This document shows, one piece after another, positions 34,037 to 42,420 of a DNA stretch of 64,000 bases. Location of the stretch: assembly GCA_017421025.1 (NCBI GenBank), contig JAFQME010000024.1:68134-132133 (forward strand), given 5' to 3'. The translations under genes were made by a program, and so were the position numbers. The notes beneath the pieces are model-generated. The model ran no database searches and was not told the DNA's origin. It saw nothing but the letters and a program-made list of their open reading frames with translations. The DNA is from Oscillospiraceae bacterium. GTDB taxonomy: Bacteria > Bacillota > Clostridia > Oscillospirales > JAAYXM01. Every line of letters begins with the position of its first letter. The stretch's first letter is position 1.

Positions 34037-34415
34037 ATTAAATTTACCATCGGGTGAGGACTACTACAACATCGAGCACCAAAACGAGAACCTGCGCACA
34101 CTTGATGCTGCTCTGTTCGGACGCATCGGTGCAGGCAGTTACGTGGGCGACGGCGAGAGTGAGCGATTCATTCCGCTTCCTCGCACACCGAGCTTTGTGT
34201 TGGTCATGAGAAGCGGCAGTCAATTCGCTTCGGAGAACAGACGCTACGGCGGCATGGCACTTGAGGAAAGCCCTGCGATTGCAAACGGGGTGGCATATCT
34301 CACGGTTGAGGAGGGCGGATTTCGCCTGAAACACGTGGAAGATGTGTTTGACGGCTCGCTTGCTACCATGCATGTGAACTCCACGGGCGAGACCTATCAC
34401 TATCTGTGGGGGTGA
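34014..34415 (+). CDS. Very short tail-fibre-position protein (133 aa)
   Basis: GAGGTGG RBS. The N-terminus MEQTTYYKLNLPSGEDYYNIEHQNENLRTLD resembles the conserved N-termini of fibre/XkdV-type proteins. Confidence 0.55.
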   Translation: MEQTTYYKLNLPSGEDYYNIEHQNENLRTLDAALFGRIGAGSYVGDGESERFIPLPRTPSFVLVMRSGSQFASENRRYGGMALEESPAIANGVAYLTVEEGGFRLKHVEDVFDGSLATMHVNSTGETYHYLWG

Positions 34416-34419
34416 GTGA

Positions 34420-34671
34420 ATGGAACACTGGATCACAAGTCTGCTTGCCTTGATTGGCACCTGTGTTGGCTCACTCTCGGGCGTTTTGGCATCCAACCGA
34501 CTGGTAAATTGGCGAATTGAGTCGCTGGAAGAGAAGGTTGACCGTCACAATCATCTCATCGAGCGGATGTATCGGGTGGAAGAACGCAGTAAGTCCAACA
34601 CCCACCGCATCGACGAATTGGAAGGGAGGGTGCACGAATGCGAGAAACCATCGTCCGTACCGCTCTGCTGA
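34420..34671 (+). CDS. XhlA-like membrane protein (lysis accessory)
   Basis: One N-terminal TM (WITSLLALIGTCVGSLSGVLA) plus a coiled coil. Position is before the holin. Confidence 0.65.
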   Translation: MEHWITSLLALIGTCVGSLSGVLASNRLVNWRIESLEEKVDRHNHLIERMYRVEERSKSNTHRIDELEGRVHECEKPSSVPLC

Positions 34672-34871
34672 TTCTGGCGCTCACCAATCAAATTCTTTCT
34701 GCCTGCGGCGTGGACACGCTCCCCATCGCCGAGGGGGAGTTGGAGGAAGTTCTCAACACCGTGCTGACCGGATTGGCGGCACTGTGGGCATGGTGGAAGA
34801 ACAACTCATTTACCAAAGAAGCACGTACCGCAGACGCACTCATGCACAAACTCAAGGAGGAGAAGCAATGA
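34638..34871 (+). CDS. Holin (XhlB/SPP1-type)
   Basis: 77 aa with two TM segments and the motif LWAWWKNNSFTKEA. Confidence 0.75.
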   Translation: MRETIVRTALLILALTNQILSACGVDTLPIAEGELEEVLNTVLTGLAALWAWWKNNSFTKEARTADALMHKLKEEKQ

Positions 34872-35485
34872 TCGTTGATCTCATCCCTAAGGGAGCGAAA
34901 AACCGTCCGGGCGGGAAAAACACCATGCAGTATATCACGTTGCATGATACGGGAAATCCCGCCCGAGGTGCCAATGCACTCAACCATGCGAAGTATCTCA
35001 AAAACGGACCGTCGGTGAGTTGGCACTACACGGTGGATGATATCCGTGTAGTACAGCATCTGCCTGACAGCGAGAGTGCCTGGCACACCGGCACAAACAA
35101 AGGCAATACCACCTCGATCGGCATCGAGGTTTGTATCAATTCTGACGGCAATCTGAAAGCCGCCTACGACCGTGCTGCCGTGCTGTGTGCAACCCTGTGC
35201 CGTGCCCACGGCATCCCGGCTGCAAATATCGTGCAGCACAATTTCTGGAACGGCAAGGACTGTCCCAAAACCATGCGTGCAGGAAGCCCCTATTCCTTTG
35301 GGACGTTTTTAAGCCGTGTCAAGGAGCATTTGGAGGGAGAAACAATGGATCAAAACACCTCGTCTGATTGGGTGAAAGAGCTTTGGGAACAAGCGAAAGC
35401 ACTTGGAATCACGGACGGCACACGTCCCCGAGACCCTGCCACCCGAGAAGAAGTGGTCGCCATGCTGATGAGAGCTGTCCGATAA
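34868..35485 (+). CDS. N-acetylmuramoyl-L-alanine amidase endolysin (Amidase_2, XlyA-like catalytic domain)
   Basis: ITLHDTGNP...SWHYTVDD...AWHTG...GIEVC...HNFWNGKDCP. ATGA overlap with the holin gene. Confidence 0.85.
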   Translation: MIVDLIPKGAKNRPGGKNTMQYITLHDTGNPARGANALNHAKYLKNGPSVSWHYTVDDIRVVQHLPDSESAWHTGTNKGNTTSIGIEVCINSDGNLKAAYDRAAVLCATLCRAHGIPAANIVQHNFWNGKDCPKTMRAGSPYSFGTFLSRVKEHLEGETMDQNTSSDWVKELWEQAKALGITDGTRPRDPATREEVVAMLMRAVR

Positions 35486-35611
35486 GGACAGCTCTTGCAC
35501 TTGGTTGGCAAAATATAGTACAATGAGAGGAGAAGGCATGACAAAAGAGATCATCAAGAAGTTGCTGCACAACATCTTGCAGGAGTTGGATCTTCGGGGA
35601 AACAGTGTGAA

Positions 35612-35872
35612 ATGGGCAAACTGGATGTCGCAGCTGGTTGGAATCAAAAACGCAATCGTTTGAGTGATGTGCTGCCGGGGAAAGTGATTGGTGGGGATGT
35701 GTATAAAAACAAAGATTCTAAGCTTCCCAATGCGCCCGGCAGAGTGTGGTATGAAGCGGATATCAACTATACCGGTGGGGCACGCAACCGTGAACGAGTG
35801 GTGTATTCCAACGACGGTTTGGTGTTTGTCACATACGATCACTATCATACGTTTTATGAAGTAACGAGATAA
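35612..35872 (+). CDS. Barnase-family guanyl-specific ribonuclease, N-terminally truncated or frameshifted
   Basis: LSDVLPGKVIGGDVYKNKDSKLPNAPGRVWYEADINYTGGARNRERVVYSNDGLVFVTYDHYHTFYEVTR aligns by eye with barnase LADVAPGKSIGGDIFSNREGKLPGKSGRTWREADINYTSGFRNSDRILYSSDWLIYKTTDHYQTFTKIR. The first ~25 residues appear to be in another frame (35538-35663). Confidence 0.75.
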   Translation: MGKLDVAAGWNQKRNRLSDVLPGKVIGGDVYKNKDSKLPNAPGRVWYEADINYTGGARNRERVVYSNDGLVFVTYDHYHTFYEVTR

Positions 35873-35883
35873 GGAGGGTTTCT

Positions 35884-36219
35884 ATGAATCAAAGAACATA
35901 CACAGTTGACTTTCGAGACGTCACGAACTTTTTGGAAATGCATGCAGCCATCTTTGAAGGGTTGGAATTCCCCGACTATTACGGATGCAATTGGTCTGCA
36001 TTTTGGGACTGTATCACCGATATGTTTGGGGAACCGATGTTAATTGAAATTCTCGGGATTGATGTGATTGAGCGATTGTTCGACGATGATGCATCCAAGA
36101 TGCTGAACATTCTCAAACGACGGAAACATCGTTACCCGATGTTTGATGAGGACATTCGAATTGAAATCGTCCAAGGAGATGAACGCATCGAAATCGACGA
36201 TTATCCGATCAAAGAGTGA
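35884..36219 (+). CDS. Barstar-family ribonuclease inhibitor (copy 1, intact)
   Basis: LEFPDYYGCNWSAFWDCITDMFGEPMLIEIL compares with barstar [30 protein letters not shown]. The gene starts 11 nt after the barnase stop with an AGGAGGG RBS. Confidence 0.8.
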   Translation: MNQRTYTVDFRDVTNFLEMHAAIFEGLEFPDYYGCNWSAFWDCITDMFGEPMLIEILGIDVIERLFDDDASKMLNILKRRKHRYPMFDEDIRIEIVQGDERIEIDDYPIKE

Positions 36220-36411
36220 ACCGAATCATAACCAAAGGGACGGAGAGATTCTCCGCCCATTTTTGCGTTCCGGCACAAACATTCTGTTTACATAAAACAA
36301 TTATGGTAAACTTGTGAGATGAGGAGTGGTGTGGTAAAATGAGAAAAAAGGGGATAGCATACGTCACAGCCACAAGACAACAGAGCCCCCCTTTTTCCGT
36401 TTGAGTATTTA

Positions 36412-36489
36412 GATGACGTGCTGCCGGGGAAAATGATTGGCGGAGATGTGTATGATAACAAAGATTCTAATTATGAAGTAACGAGATAA
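36412..36489 (+). pseudogene. Barnase remnant with in-frame 132-nt internal deletion
   Basis: It reads DDVLPGKMIGGDVYDNKDSNYEVTR*. The segment equivalent to 35722-35853, which includes the WYEADINY, RNRER and DHYH catalytic region, is missing. Confidence 0.75.
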
Positions 36490-36500
36490 GGAGGGTTTCT

Positions 36501-36833
36501 ATGAATCAAAGAACATATACGGTCGATTTTCGAAACGTCACGCACTTTTTGGAAATGCATGCAGCCATCTTTGAAGGGTTGGAATTCCCTGACTATTACG
36601 GATGCAATTGGGACGCCTTTTGGGATTGCTTGAAAGATATGTTCGGGAAGTCAATACAGATCGAGATTCTTGGGATTGATGTGATTGAGCGGCTGTTCGA
36701 TGATGATGCACGAATCATGCTGTCGACGCTCAAGGAATGGAAGGAATATGAAGCAGATTTTAGGGATGTTCAAGTTGAGATCGTCCGAGGAGACGAGCGC
36801 ATCGAAATCGACGATTATCCGATCAAAGAGTGA
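36501..36833 (+). CDS. Barstar-family ribonuclease inhibitor (copy 2, intact, orphan)
   Basis: 110 aa, highly similar to copy 1 (MNQRTYTVDFRNVTHFLEMHAAIFEGLEFPDYYGCNWDAFWDC). Confidence 0.8.
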   Translation: MNQRTYTVDFRNVTHFLEMHAAIFEGLEFPDYYGCNWDAFWDCLKDMFGKSIQIEILGIDVIERLFDDDARIMLSTLKEWKEYEADFRDVQVEIVRGDERIEIDDYPIKE

Positions 36834-36850
36834 ACCGAATCATAACCAAA

Positions 36851-36874
36851 GGGACGGAGATTTTTCTCCGTCCC
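36851..36874 (+). terminator. Hairpin terminator after barstar copy 2
   Basis: GGGACGGAGA-TTTT-TCTCCGTCCC followed by TTTCTC (weak U-tract). Confidence 0.5.
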
Positions 36875-36926
36875 TTTCTCCGTTCCGGCGCAAACGTTCT
36901 GTTTACATAAAAATATTATGGTAAAC

Positions 36927-36955
36927 TTGCGGAACGCAAAAATGTGTGATAGAAT
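36927..36955 (+). promoter_or_regulatory. Sigma-70-type promoter (TTGCGG-17-TAGAAT, TG-extended)
   Basis: TTGCGG 36927-36932, TAGAAT 36950-36955 preceded by TGA. Confidence 0.45.
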
Positions 36956-36986
36956 AGACCATCATAAAAAAGGTGGCGTGATCGAA

Positions 36987-38321
36987 ATGATGAAACGAGG
37001 AGTCTGTGTTTTTCTGCTGATTTGCATGGTGGTAACAAGTGTTGCGGCGGCGTGGTTTCCCGATGTGCCGACTTCGCACGAGCATTACGATGCAATTACT
37101 GCGTTGAGTGAGAAAGGAATCATCAACGGATATTCCGACGGAACGTTCAAGCCGAATGGGAACATCACCCGTGCGGAAGCGGCGACCATTATTGCCCGTG
37201 CGGCGGAATTGGGGAAATCGTCCAAAGCAAGTCTTTATTATGATGTCGCAACCGGGAGTTGGGCGTGCGGATATATCATGGCGGCAACCGATGCGGGCAT
37301 CATCAACGGGTTTGGAGCCGGTAAATTTTCTCCGAACGGAACCGTGACTTACAACCAGATGATTAAAATGATTGTGTGCATGATAGGCTTAGAGGATCAA
37401 GCACTCAAAAACGGTGGCTGGCCGTTGGGATATGTAACGACTGCATCTCGACATGGTATCATTGATTCTTCCACATCCACGTCCATCCGATACAAAGGGT
37501 TGGGGAATACCCCGATCGCACGTCAGAAAGTAGCGGCATTTCTCTACAATGCATTAGCGTATCGGGAAAAGAACACCTTGTATGTCGGTGGCAAGGCGCT
37601 TTGGCTGGGAATGTCTGCCAGCCGTCTTGGCACTCCGGATGCACGGCTTGACTCTGTCGGGAATTTTGTGTGGTATATCTATGGAACCGATACCTATCAG
37701 AATTTTTATGCGGTCGGCGTGGATCAAAACAAAATCGTTGCGCTGACAGCTGCGGGACGTGGATTCCGATACATGGGCTATCAAAGCGGCGATGTTGTTC
37801 CGCCGAATATCTACCTCAATAGCAATGCCTGCTTATACGCCGATTCCAACGACGGATACATCGCCCACGGTGCGCTGATTTTGGCGGACGGATACCAATA
37901 TGACCGCCATGTTCCGGCTGCATGGGAATTGGCAGGGGAATGCAAACTGAATTTCCACTGTGTCAATGCTTTCCGTGTTTACCATAATTTGAGACCGCTC
38001 AAATGGAGTGAGCAAGCGGCAGTTTCGGCTCGCCTGCACAGCGAAGATATGGCACAAAACAACTATTTCTCGCATACAAGCCTGAGCGGGACATCGGTTG
38101 GGGAGAGAATCTATGAGCAAGGCATCGACTGGATGTCTTGCGGCGAGAATATTGCTGCCGGCACCGGGCACTTCCTGGGATTCTATGCCTATAACGGATG
38201 GGTCAATTCCGCAGGGCATCGTAAGAACATGTTGAACGACTACAACTACCTCGGCATTGGCATGGCGTATAACCAAAACAGCACCTACCGATTCTATACC
38301 ACCCAAAACTTTTTCGGTTAA
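36987..38321 (+). CDS. Secreted cell-wall protein: SLH domains + C-terminal CAP/SCP (YkwD-like) domain
   Basis: Signal MMKRGVCVFLLICMVVTSVAAA. SLH-like FPDVPTSHEHYDAITALSEKGIINGYSDGTFKPNGNITRAEAA (repeated). C-terminal NNYFSHTS...GENIAAG...GWVNSAGHRKNML. Confidence 0.8.
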   Translation: MMKRGVCVFLLICMVVTSVAAAWFPDVPTSHEHYDAITALSEKGIINGYSDGTFKPNGNITRAEAATIIARAAELGKSSKASLYYDVATGSWACGYIMAATDAGIINGFGAGKFSPNGTVTYNQMIKMIVCMIGLEDQALKNGGWPLGYVTTASRHGIIDSSTSTSIRYKGLGNTPIARQKVAAFLYNALAYREKNTLYVGGKALWLGMSASRLGTPDARLDSVGNFVWYIYGTDTYQNFYAVGVDQNKIVALTAAGRGFRYMGYQSGDVVPPNIYLNSNACLYADSNDGYIAHGALILADGYQYDRHVPAAWELAGECKLNFHCVNAFRVYHNLRPLKWSEQAAVSARLHSEDMAQNNYFSHTSLSGTSVGERIYEQGIDWMSCGENIAAGTGHFLGFYAYNGWVNSAGHRKNMLNDYNYLGIGMAYNQNSTYRFYTTQNFFG

Positions 38322-38326
38322 TCGCA

Positions 38327-38357
38327 AACGGGACGGAAGAATTCCGCCCCGTTTTTT
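38327..38357 (+). terminator. Rho-independent terminator
   Basis: AACGGGACGGAA-GAA-TTCCGCCCCGTT (one mismatch) followed by T6. Confidence 0.7.
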
Positions 38358-38376
38358 CTTGGTGGATTTTGGTGAT

Positions 38377-38406
38377 TTGACAAGGCGGGAGTGAGAGTAG
38401 TATAAT
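38377..38406 (+). promoter_or_regulatory. Sigma-70-type promoter (TTGACA-18-TATAAT)
   Basis: TTGACA 38377-38382, TATAAT 38401-38406. Confidence 0.6.
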
Positions 38407-38433
38407 AAATTGTAATATTTTCTTTGGAAACGT

Positions 38434-40344
38434 GTGGTGAATGATGAAGTGAAAAAGCTGAATGTGCGCTGGCTTTTGGTCGCATACGACCTTTTGATCC
38501 TGTGCGGAGTGGAACTTTTGCTCCTCTTTTTGTATCGCAGTAATGAAATACAGACGCTTTCCAGTAACATTTGGCAAGCACTCATCACCTTCCTCTGTGT
38601 CTTTGCCGCACGCTACTTTGGCGGTGTGTACCGTCAGGTGTGGCGATACGGCGGCATCCAGTGCTACATCCGTCTGCTCCTGGTGGACGTGGTGGCATTT
38701 GTATTCAATTTCGGCATTGAAAACCTCATGCCCATTCACCATTTGACCTTTGCACGTTTGATTTCGATTTCCAGTATGAACCTGCTCGGTGCGCTTGCCA
38801 TCCGCATGGTATACCGCTATGCGTATAAATGCAATAACACCGCAACCCCGATGGGCAAACTGCTTGAGTTGCTCCTCCGAGTGTTTGCGGGTCAGCGTGT
38901 TGCAAGCGGCAGACGGGACGAGCTGAGCAAGACCAAACTCGCCATCATCGGTGCAGGCCGTGTGGGGGTTACGTTGGCGGAGGACCTGCTTGGCAGATCC
39001 GATGCGGCATACCTGCCACGCTGTTTTGTGGACCGTGACCCGGACAAGGCAGGTCGAGAAATCCACGGCATCCCGGTCATCATGGAAAACGAAGCGGTCT
39101 ATGACCTCTTAAAAGAACTTGAGGTGGAAGAGATCGCACTTGCGGTCCTAGACTCGGAAAGCAGAAAAACGCTGTATGAGCGATATTCCGCCGCAGGCTA
39201 TAAAATCAAAGTTTATGACGACCCGCTCATGAGTGAGGACGGGCGCCGCCCTGCTCTGCGTGAGGTGGATTTGGAAGAGCTCCTCTTCCGTGCCCCCATC
39301 GTGATGCAGGACGAGATTGTTTCCGCATACTACCGTGACAAAGTCATTCTCATCACAGGCGGCGGCGGAAGCATCGGAAGTGAGCTTTGCCGTCAACTGG
39401 CAAAAACCGCTCCGAAACAGATCATTGTATTGGATATTTACGAAAACAGCGCTTATGACCTGCAACAGGAACTCAAAATGCAGTACGGTGCTGCGCTGGA
39501 TTTGCGTGTGGAGATCGCTTCCATCACCAACAAACGTGCGCTCTCCCGTGTTTTTTCCGAGTATGCGCCGCAAATCGTTATCAACGCCGCTGCGCATAAG
39601 CACGTCCCCCTCATGGAGACCAACTGCATCGAGGCGGTGGAAAACAATGTATTCGGTACCTTGAACCTGGTGGAGTTGTGTGAAGAATTCGGCACCGAAC
39701 GCTTCATGATGGTATCCACCGATAAGGCGGTCAACCCCACCAACGTTATGGGTGCTACCAAGCGGATGTGTGAGATGATCGTGCAAGCGATGAGCACCTG
39801 TGGCCGTGTGAAATACAGTACCACTCGGTTTGGAAACGTGCTGGGCAGTGCCGGCAGTGTGATTCCGCTGTTCCGCCGTCAGATTGCGCAAGGCGGCCCG
39901 GTCACTGTGACCGACAAGCGCATCATCCGCTATTTCATGACCATCCCGGAAGCCTCTCAGTTGGTGCTTCAGTCGGGTGCGATGGCGAAAAACGGGGAAC
40001 TCTTTGTGCTGGATATGGGCGAACCTGTAAAAATCTTGGACCTGGCGGAAAACCTGATCCGTCTTTCCGGCGCCAAGGGGATTGAGATTGTGGAAACCGG
40101 TCTGCGTCAAGGCGAAAAGCTCTATGAAGAGCTTTTGGTCAAGACCGACGATCTGGACAAAACCGAAAACGAACTCATCTTCATTGAGCGGGAGACCCCG
40201 CCGAGTTGGGCTGCGGTGGAAGAAAAACTTGCACTCCTGCGCAAAGCTTGTGACACCGACCGGGACGAGGATGTCCGACAAATGCTCAAACGCACGGTGG
40301 AGACCTACAAATCCCCGGAAGAAGTCAACGCCGCTTTGGTATAA
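38434..40344 (+). CDS. Membrane-anchored polysaccharide biosynthesis protein, CapD/PglF/WbpM-type NDP-sugar 4,6-dehydratase/epimerase
   Basis: N-terminal TMs. Rossmann motifs IIGAGRVG and ITGGGGSIGSEL. STDKAVNPTNVMGATKR motif. Confidence 0.85.
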   Translation: MVNDEVKKLNVRWLLVAYDLLILCGVELLLLFLYRSNEIQTLSSNIWQALITFLCVFAARYFGGVYRQVWRYGGIQCYIRLLLVDVVAFVFNFGIENLMPIHHLTFARLISISSMNLLGALAIRMVYRYAYKCNNTATPMGKLLELLLRVFAGQRVASGRRDELSKTKLAIIGAGRVGVTLAEDLLGRSDAAYLPRCFVDRDPDKAGREIHGIPVIMENEAVYDLLKELEVEEIALAVLDSESRKTLYERYSAAGYKIKVYDDPLMSEDGRRPALREVDLEELLFRAPIVMQDEIVSAYYRDKVILITGGGGSIGSELCRQLAKTAPKQIIVLDIYENSAYDLQQELKMQYGAALDLRVEIASITNKRALSRVFSEYAPQIVINAAAHKHVPLMETNCIEAVENNVFGTLNLVELCEEFGTERFMMVSTDKAVNPTNVMGATKRMCEMIVQAMSTCGRVKYSTTRFGNVLGSAGSVIPLFRRQIAQGGPVTVTDKRIIRYFMTIPEASQLVLQSGAMAKNGELFVLDMGEPVKILDLAENLIRLSGAKGIEIVETGLRQGEKLYEELLVKTDDLDKTENELIFIERETPPSWAAVEEKLALLRKACDTDRDEDVRQMLKRTVETYKSPEEVNAALV

Positions 40345-40349
40345 TACAA

Positions 40350-40389
40350 CACCACCGTAATACGGTCGTATTACGGTGGTGATTTTTTT
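40350..40389. terminator. Bidirectional terminator between convergent genes
   Basis: Perfect 14-bp stem CACCACCGTAATAC-GGTC-GTATTACGGTGGTG followed by T7. Confidence 0.8.
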
Positions 40390-41299
40390 ATGCTTCGGAA
40401 GCTACTTCATATGCATTGATCGGCTGTGTCTCTGCCACAACCTCATCCAACCGCTCAGGTGCGGTGATGTGATACGTGGATACCGGAGGGAAGACCTCTC
40501 CGTCCACCTGCATGGGGCAAGCACGGTCAAACGAAACCGTGATGTCGTTTCCGGTGAGCACGGTGACATATTTTGTGTGTTTTACATGTGTGCCTTTGAA
40601 AATGGTGGTGAAAATCGGAAGTACCGCAAGACGGGAGCGGCTGTGTACCACAACGACAGACACCTGCTTGGTATTGGCACGCATCTGATCGGGTGCAATC
40701 TTGATTCCGCCGCCATAGTATCGGCCAAACATGGTGGTTGCGATATAGACGTGCTTAAACCAGTGGGTGGTTCCGTCCACCGTCACGGTGGCATCCAGCG
40801 GCTTAAATTTGTACAGCAGCCCACGCAGCGCCACGCTCGCATAACTCGGCATTCTCTTTTTCGTACGGCGTGCCTCGTCCATCACCGAGCAACAGTAACC
40901 ATCCAGCCCGGCGCCCACACCGTTTACAAACAGCAAATACCGATCCGCAAACCGGACCACCGGAAGCTTCTGCAAATACGGGGTGAGCGGGAAGGAATCC
41001 GAGTTTTCAAACTCACGCACATCCCGATAAAAATCGTTGCCGGTACCGCCTGCACGGTACTGGATATTCCAACGGCACGGATACATGCCCGGGGAATTGG
41101 CAAAACGGTTGAGCGTCCCATCGCCGCCAAGTAAAATCACGGTATCGCCCGGCTCGGTCAACTCTAAAATCTCACGAGGGTCAAACTTGTTGAGTGCACG
41201 CAGCTGTGCATTCTCCTCGCCGATTTTATGCATCAATGCAAATGCCTGACGGAAGGCATCTCCGCTGTTTGCGAGGCTTGAGTAGAGAATGTATGTCAT
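40388..41299 (-). CDS. Diacylglycerol/lipid kinase family protein (YegS/DagK-like)
   Basis: DTVILLGGDGTLNRF motif. ATG 41299 has GAGGTG 7 nt upstream (the ORF is open to 41320). Confidence 0.75.
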   Translation of the reverse strand: MTYILYSSLANSGDAFRQAFALMHKIGEENAQLRALNKFDPREILELTEPGDTVILLGGDGTLNRFANSPGMYPCRWNIQYRAGGTGNDFYRDVREFENSDSFPLTPYLQKLPVVRFADRYLLFVNGVGAGLDGYCCSVMDEARRTKKRMPSYASVALRGLLYKFKPLDATVTVDGTTHWFKHVYIATTMFGRYYGGGIKIAPDQMRANTKQVSVVVVHSRSRLAVLPIFTTIFKGTHVKHTKYVTVLTGNDITVSFDRACPMQVDGEVFPPVSTYHITAPERLDEVVAETQPINAYEVASEA

Positions 41300-41336
41300 G
41301 GCAGACACCTCATTTCCCAAAAGTACTCATATTTTA

Positions 41337-42419
41337 TCATAATTCCTCGATTTTTGCAAGAAGTGCGCCCCGCTCGTTGGGGAGTCCTTCATACATCACC
41401 GCATGAAGCAGTGCGGAAAGCGTTTTTCCAATCTCGGCACCTTGCAGCCCGGCTTCCAGTAAATCCGAGCCACTGAGCGCAAGCTGCGATATCTGCCAAA
41501 TCCCGTCCGGCAGAGAAAAGGGAAGTGCATGATAGGCATATAAAAGCTCGGCTTTCTCTTGCCCGAATTCACGCAGTGCCGCCCTCACATCTGTGGGAGC
41601 TTTTGCGGAAAGTAAACAGCAAACCGCCTCACGCTCCTTGTTGGAAAAACGAAGCGCATCTGCCGCAGAAACAGTCCCCAAAAGCGCAGCCATACGCAGT
41701 GGAAGTTTTGGCGGCAGGGAACTTAAACGCTCAAGCGATGGGGTAAATCCGGGCAGCACCGCCGCCAATACCGAGGAAAACTCACGTACAATCCGTGCAG
41801 CAGCCACTCCACAGGCGAGTTTCCGAATCTCCTCGGTGATACGCTCTGATGAAACATAGCGCAGCTTCTCTCTGCAAGCCAGCATCGCCTGCGCCGTGTG
41901 TTCCTCAATTGCAAAATCCAAGGTGGCGGCAAAACGAAGCCCACGCAGAATCCGAAGTGCGTCCTCGGAAAACCGAGTGACCGGGTCCCCCACGCAACGA
42001 ATTACCCGTGCGTCTAAATCCGCTCTCCCGGAAAACGGGTCGATGATGTCACCGTCATGATACGCCATGGCATTCACGGTGAAATCCCGACGTGCAAGGT
42101 CCTCGGTGAGTGAGCGGGTGAATTCCACCGCATCCGGATGCCGACTGTCGGTATAGCCGCAGTCGATACGGAACGTGGTGATTTCAAGCGGGGTGTCGAA
42201 TACCACGGTCACGGTGCCGTGACGGATTCCGGTCTCAATCACAGGGAATTCCGAAAAGACCGCACGGGTCTCCTCAGGCAGTGCACTGGTGGTGATATCA
42301 AAGTCCGAACACGGTTTTCCCAGCAAAAAATCACGCACACAGCCGCCCACAGGGTATGCTTCATACCCTGCGGAATGCAGGCGGTTGATTGCAATTTGAA
42401 CCGATTCGGGAAAGAACAT
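41337..42419 (-). CDS. cca: CCA-adding tRNA nucleotidyltransferase (short, class II)
   Basis: AYPVGGCVRDFLLGKPCSDFDITT and RRDFTVNAMAY motifs. Confidence 0.85.
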   Translation of the reverse strand: MFFPESVQIAINRLHSAGYEAYPVGGCVRDFLLGKPCSDFDITTSALPEETRAVFSEFPVIETGIRHGTVTVVFDTPLEITTFRIDCGYTDSRHPDAVEFTRSLTEDLARRDFTVNAMAYHDGDIIDPFSGRADLDARVIRCVGDPVTRFSEDALRILRGLRFAATLDFAIEEHTAQAMLACREKLRYVSSERITEEIRKLACGVAAARIVREFSSVLAAVLPGFTPSLERLSSLPPKLPLRMAALLGTVSAADALRFSNKEREAVCCLLSAKAPTDVRAALREFGQEKAELLYAYHALPFSLPDGIWQISQLALSGSDLLEAGLQGAEIGKTLSALLHAVMYEGLPNERGALLAKIEEL

Positions 42420-42420
42420 C

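Larger units (their letters stand above)
11643..36929 (+). mobile_element. PBSX-like (xkd-syntenic) defective prophage / phage-like particle element with inserted cargo cassettes
   Basis: Gene order is XkdC-like, sigma-like, terS, [cargo], terL, [cargo], portal, scaffold, capsid, head-tail genes, sheath, tube, chaperone, TMP slot, LysM, XkdQ/R/S/T/U-like, fibre, XhlA, holin, amidase. No integrase or repressor is seen, and the boundaries are approximate. Confidence 0.8.
35666..36929 (+). repeat. Tandem duplication of the barnase-3'/barstar/terminator unit (copy A ~35666-36314, copy B ~36415-36929)
   Basis: The two copies are collinear at an offset of 617 nt downstream of the deletion and 749 nt upstream of it. 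Copy B lacks 132 nt of the barnase. Confidence 0.75.
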
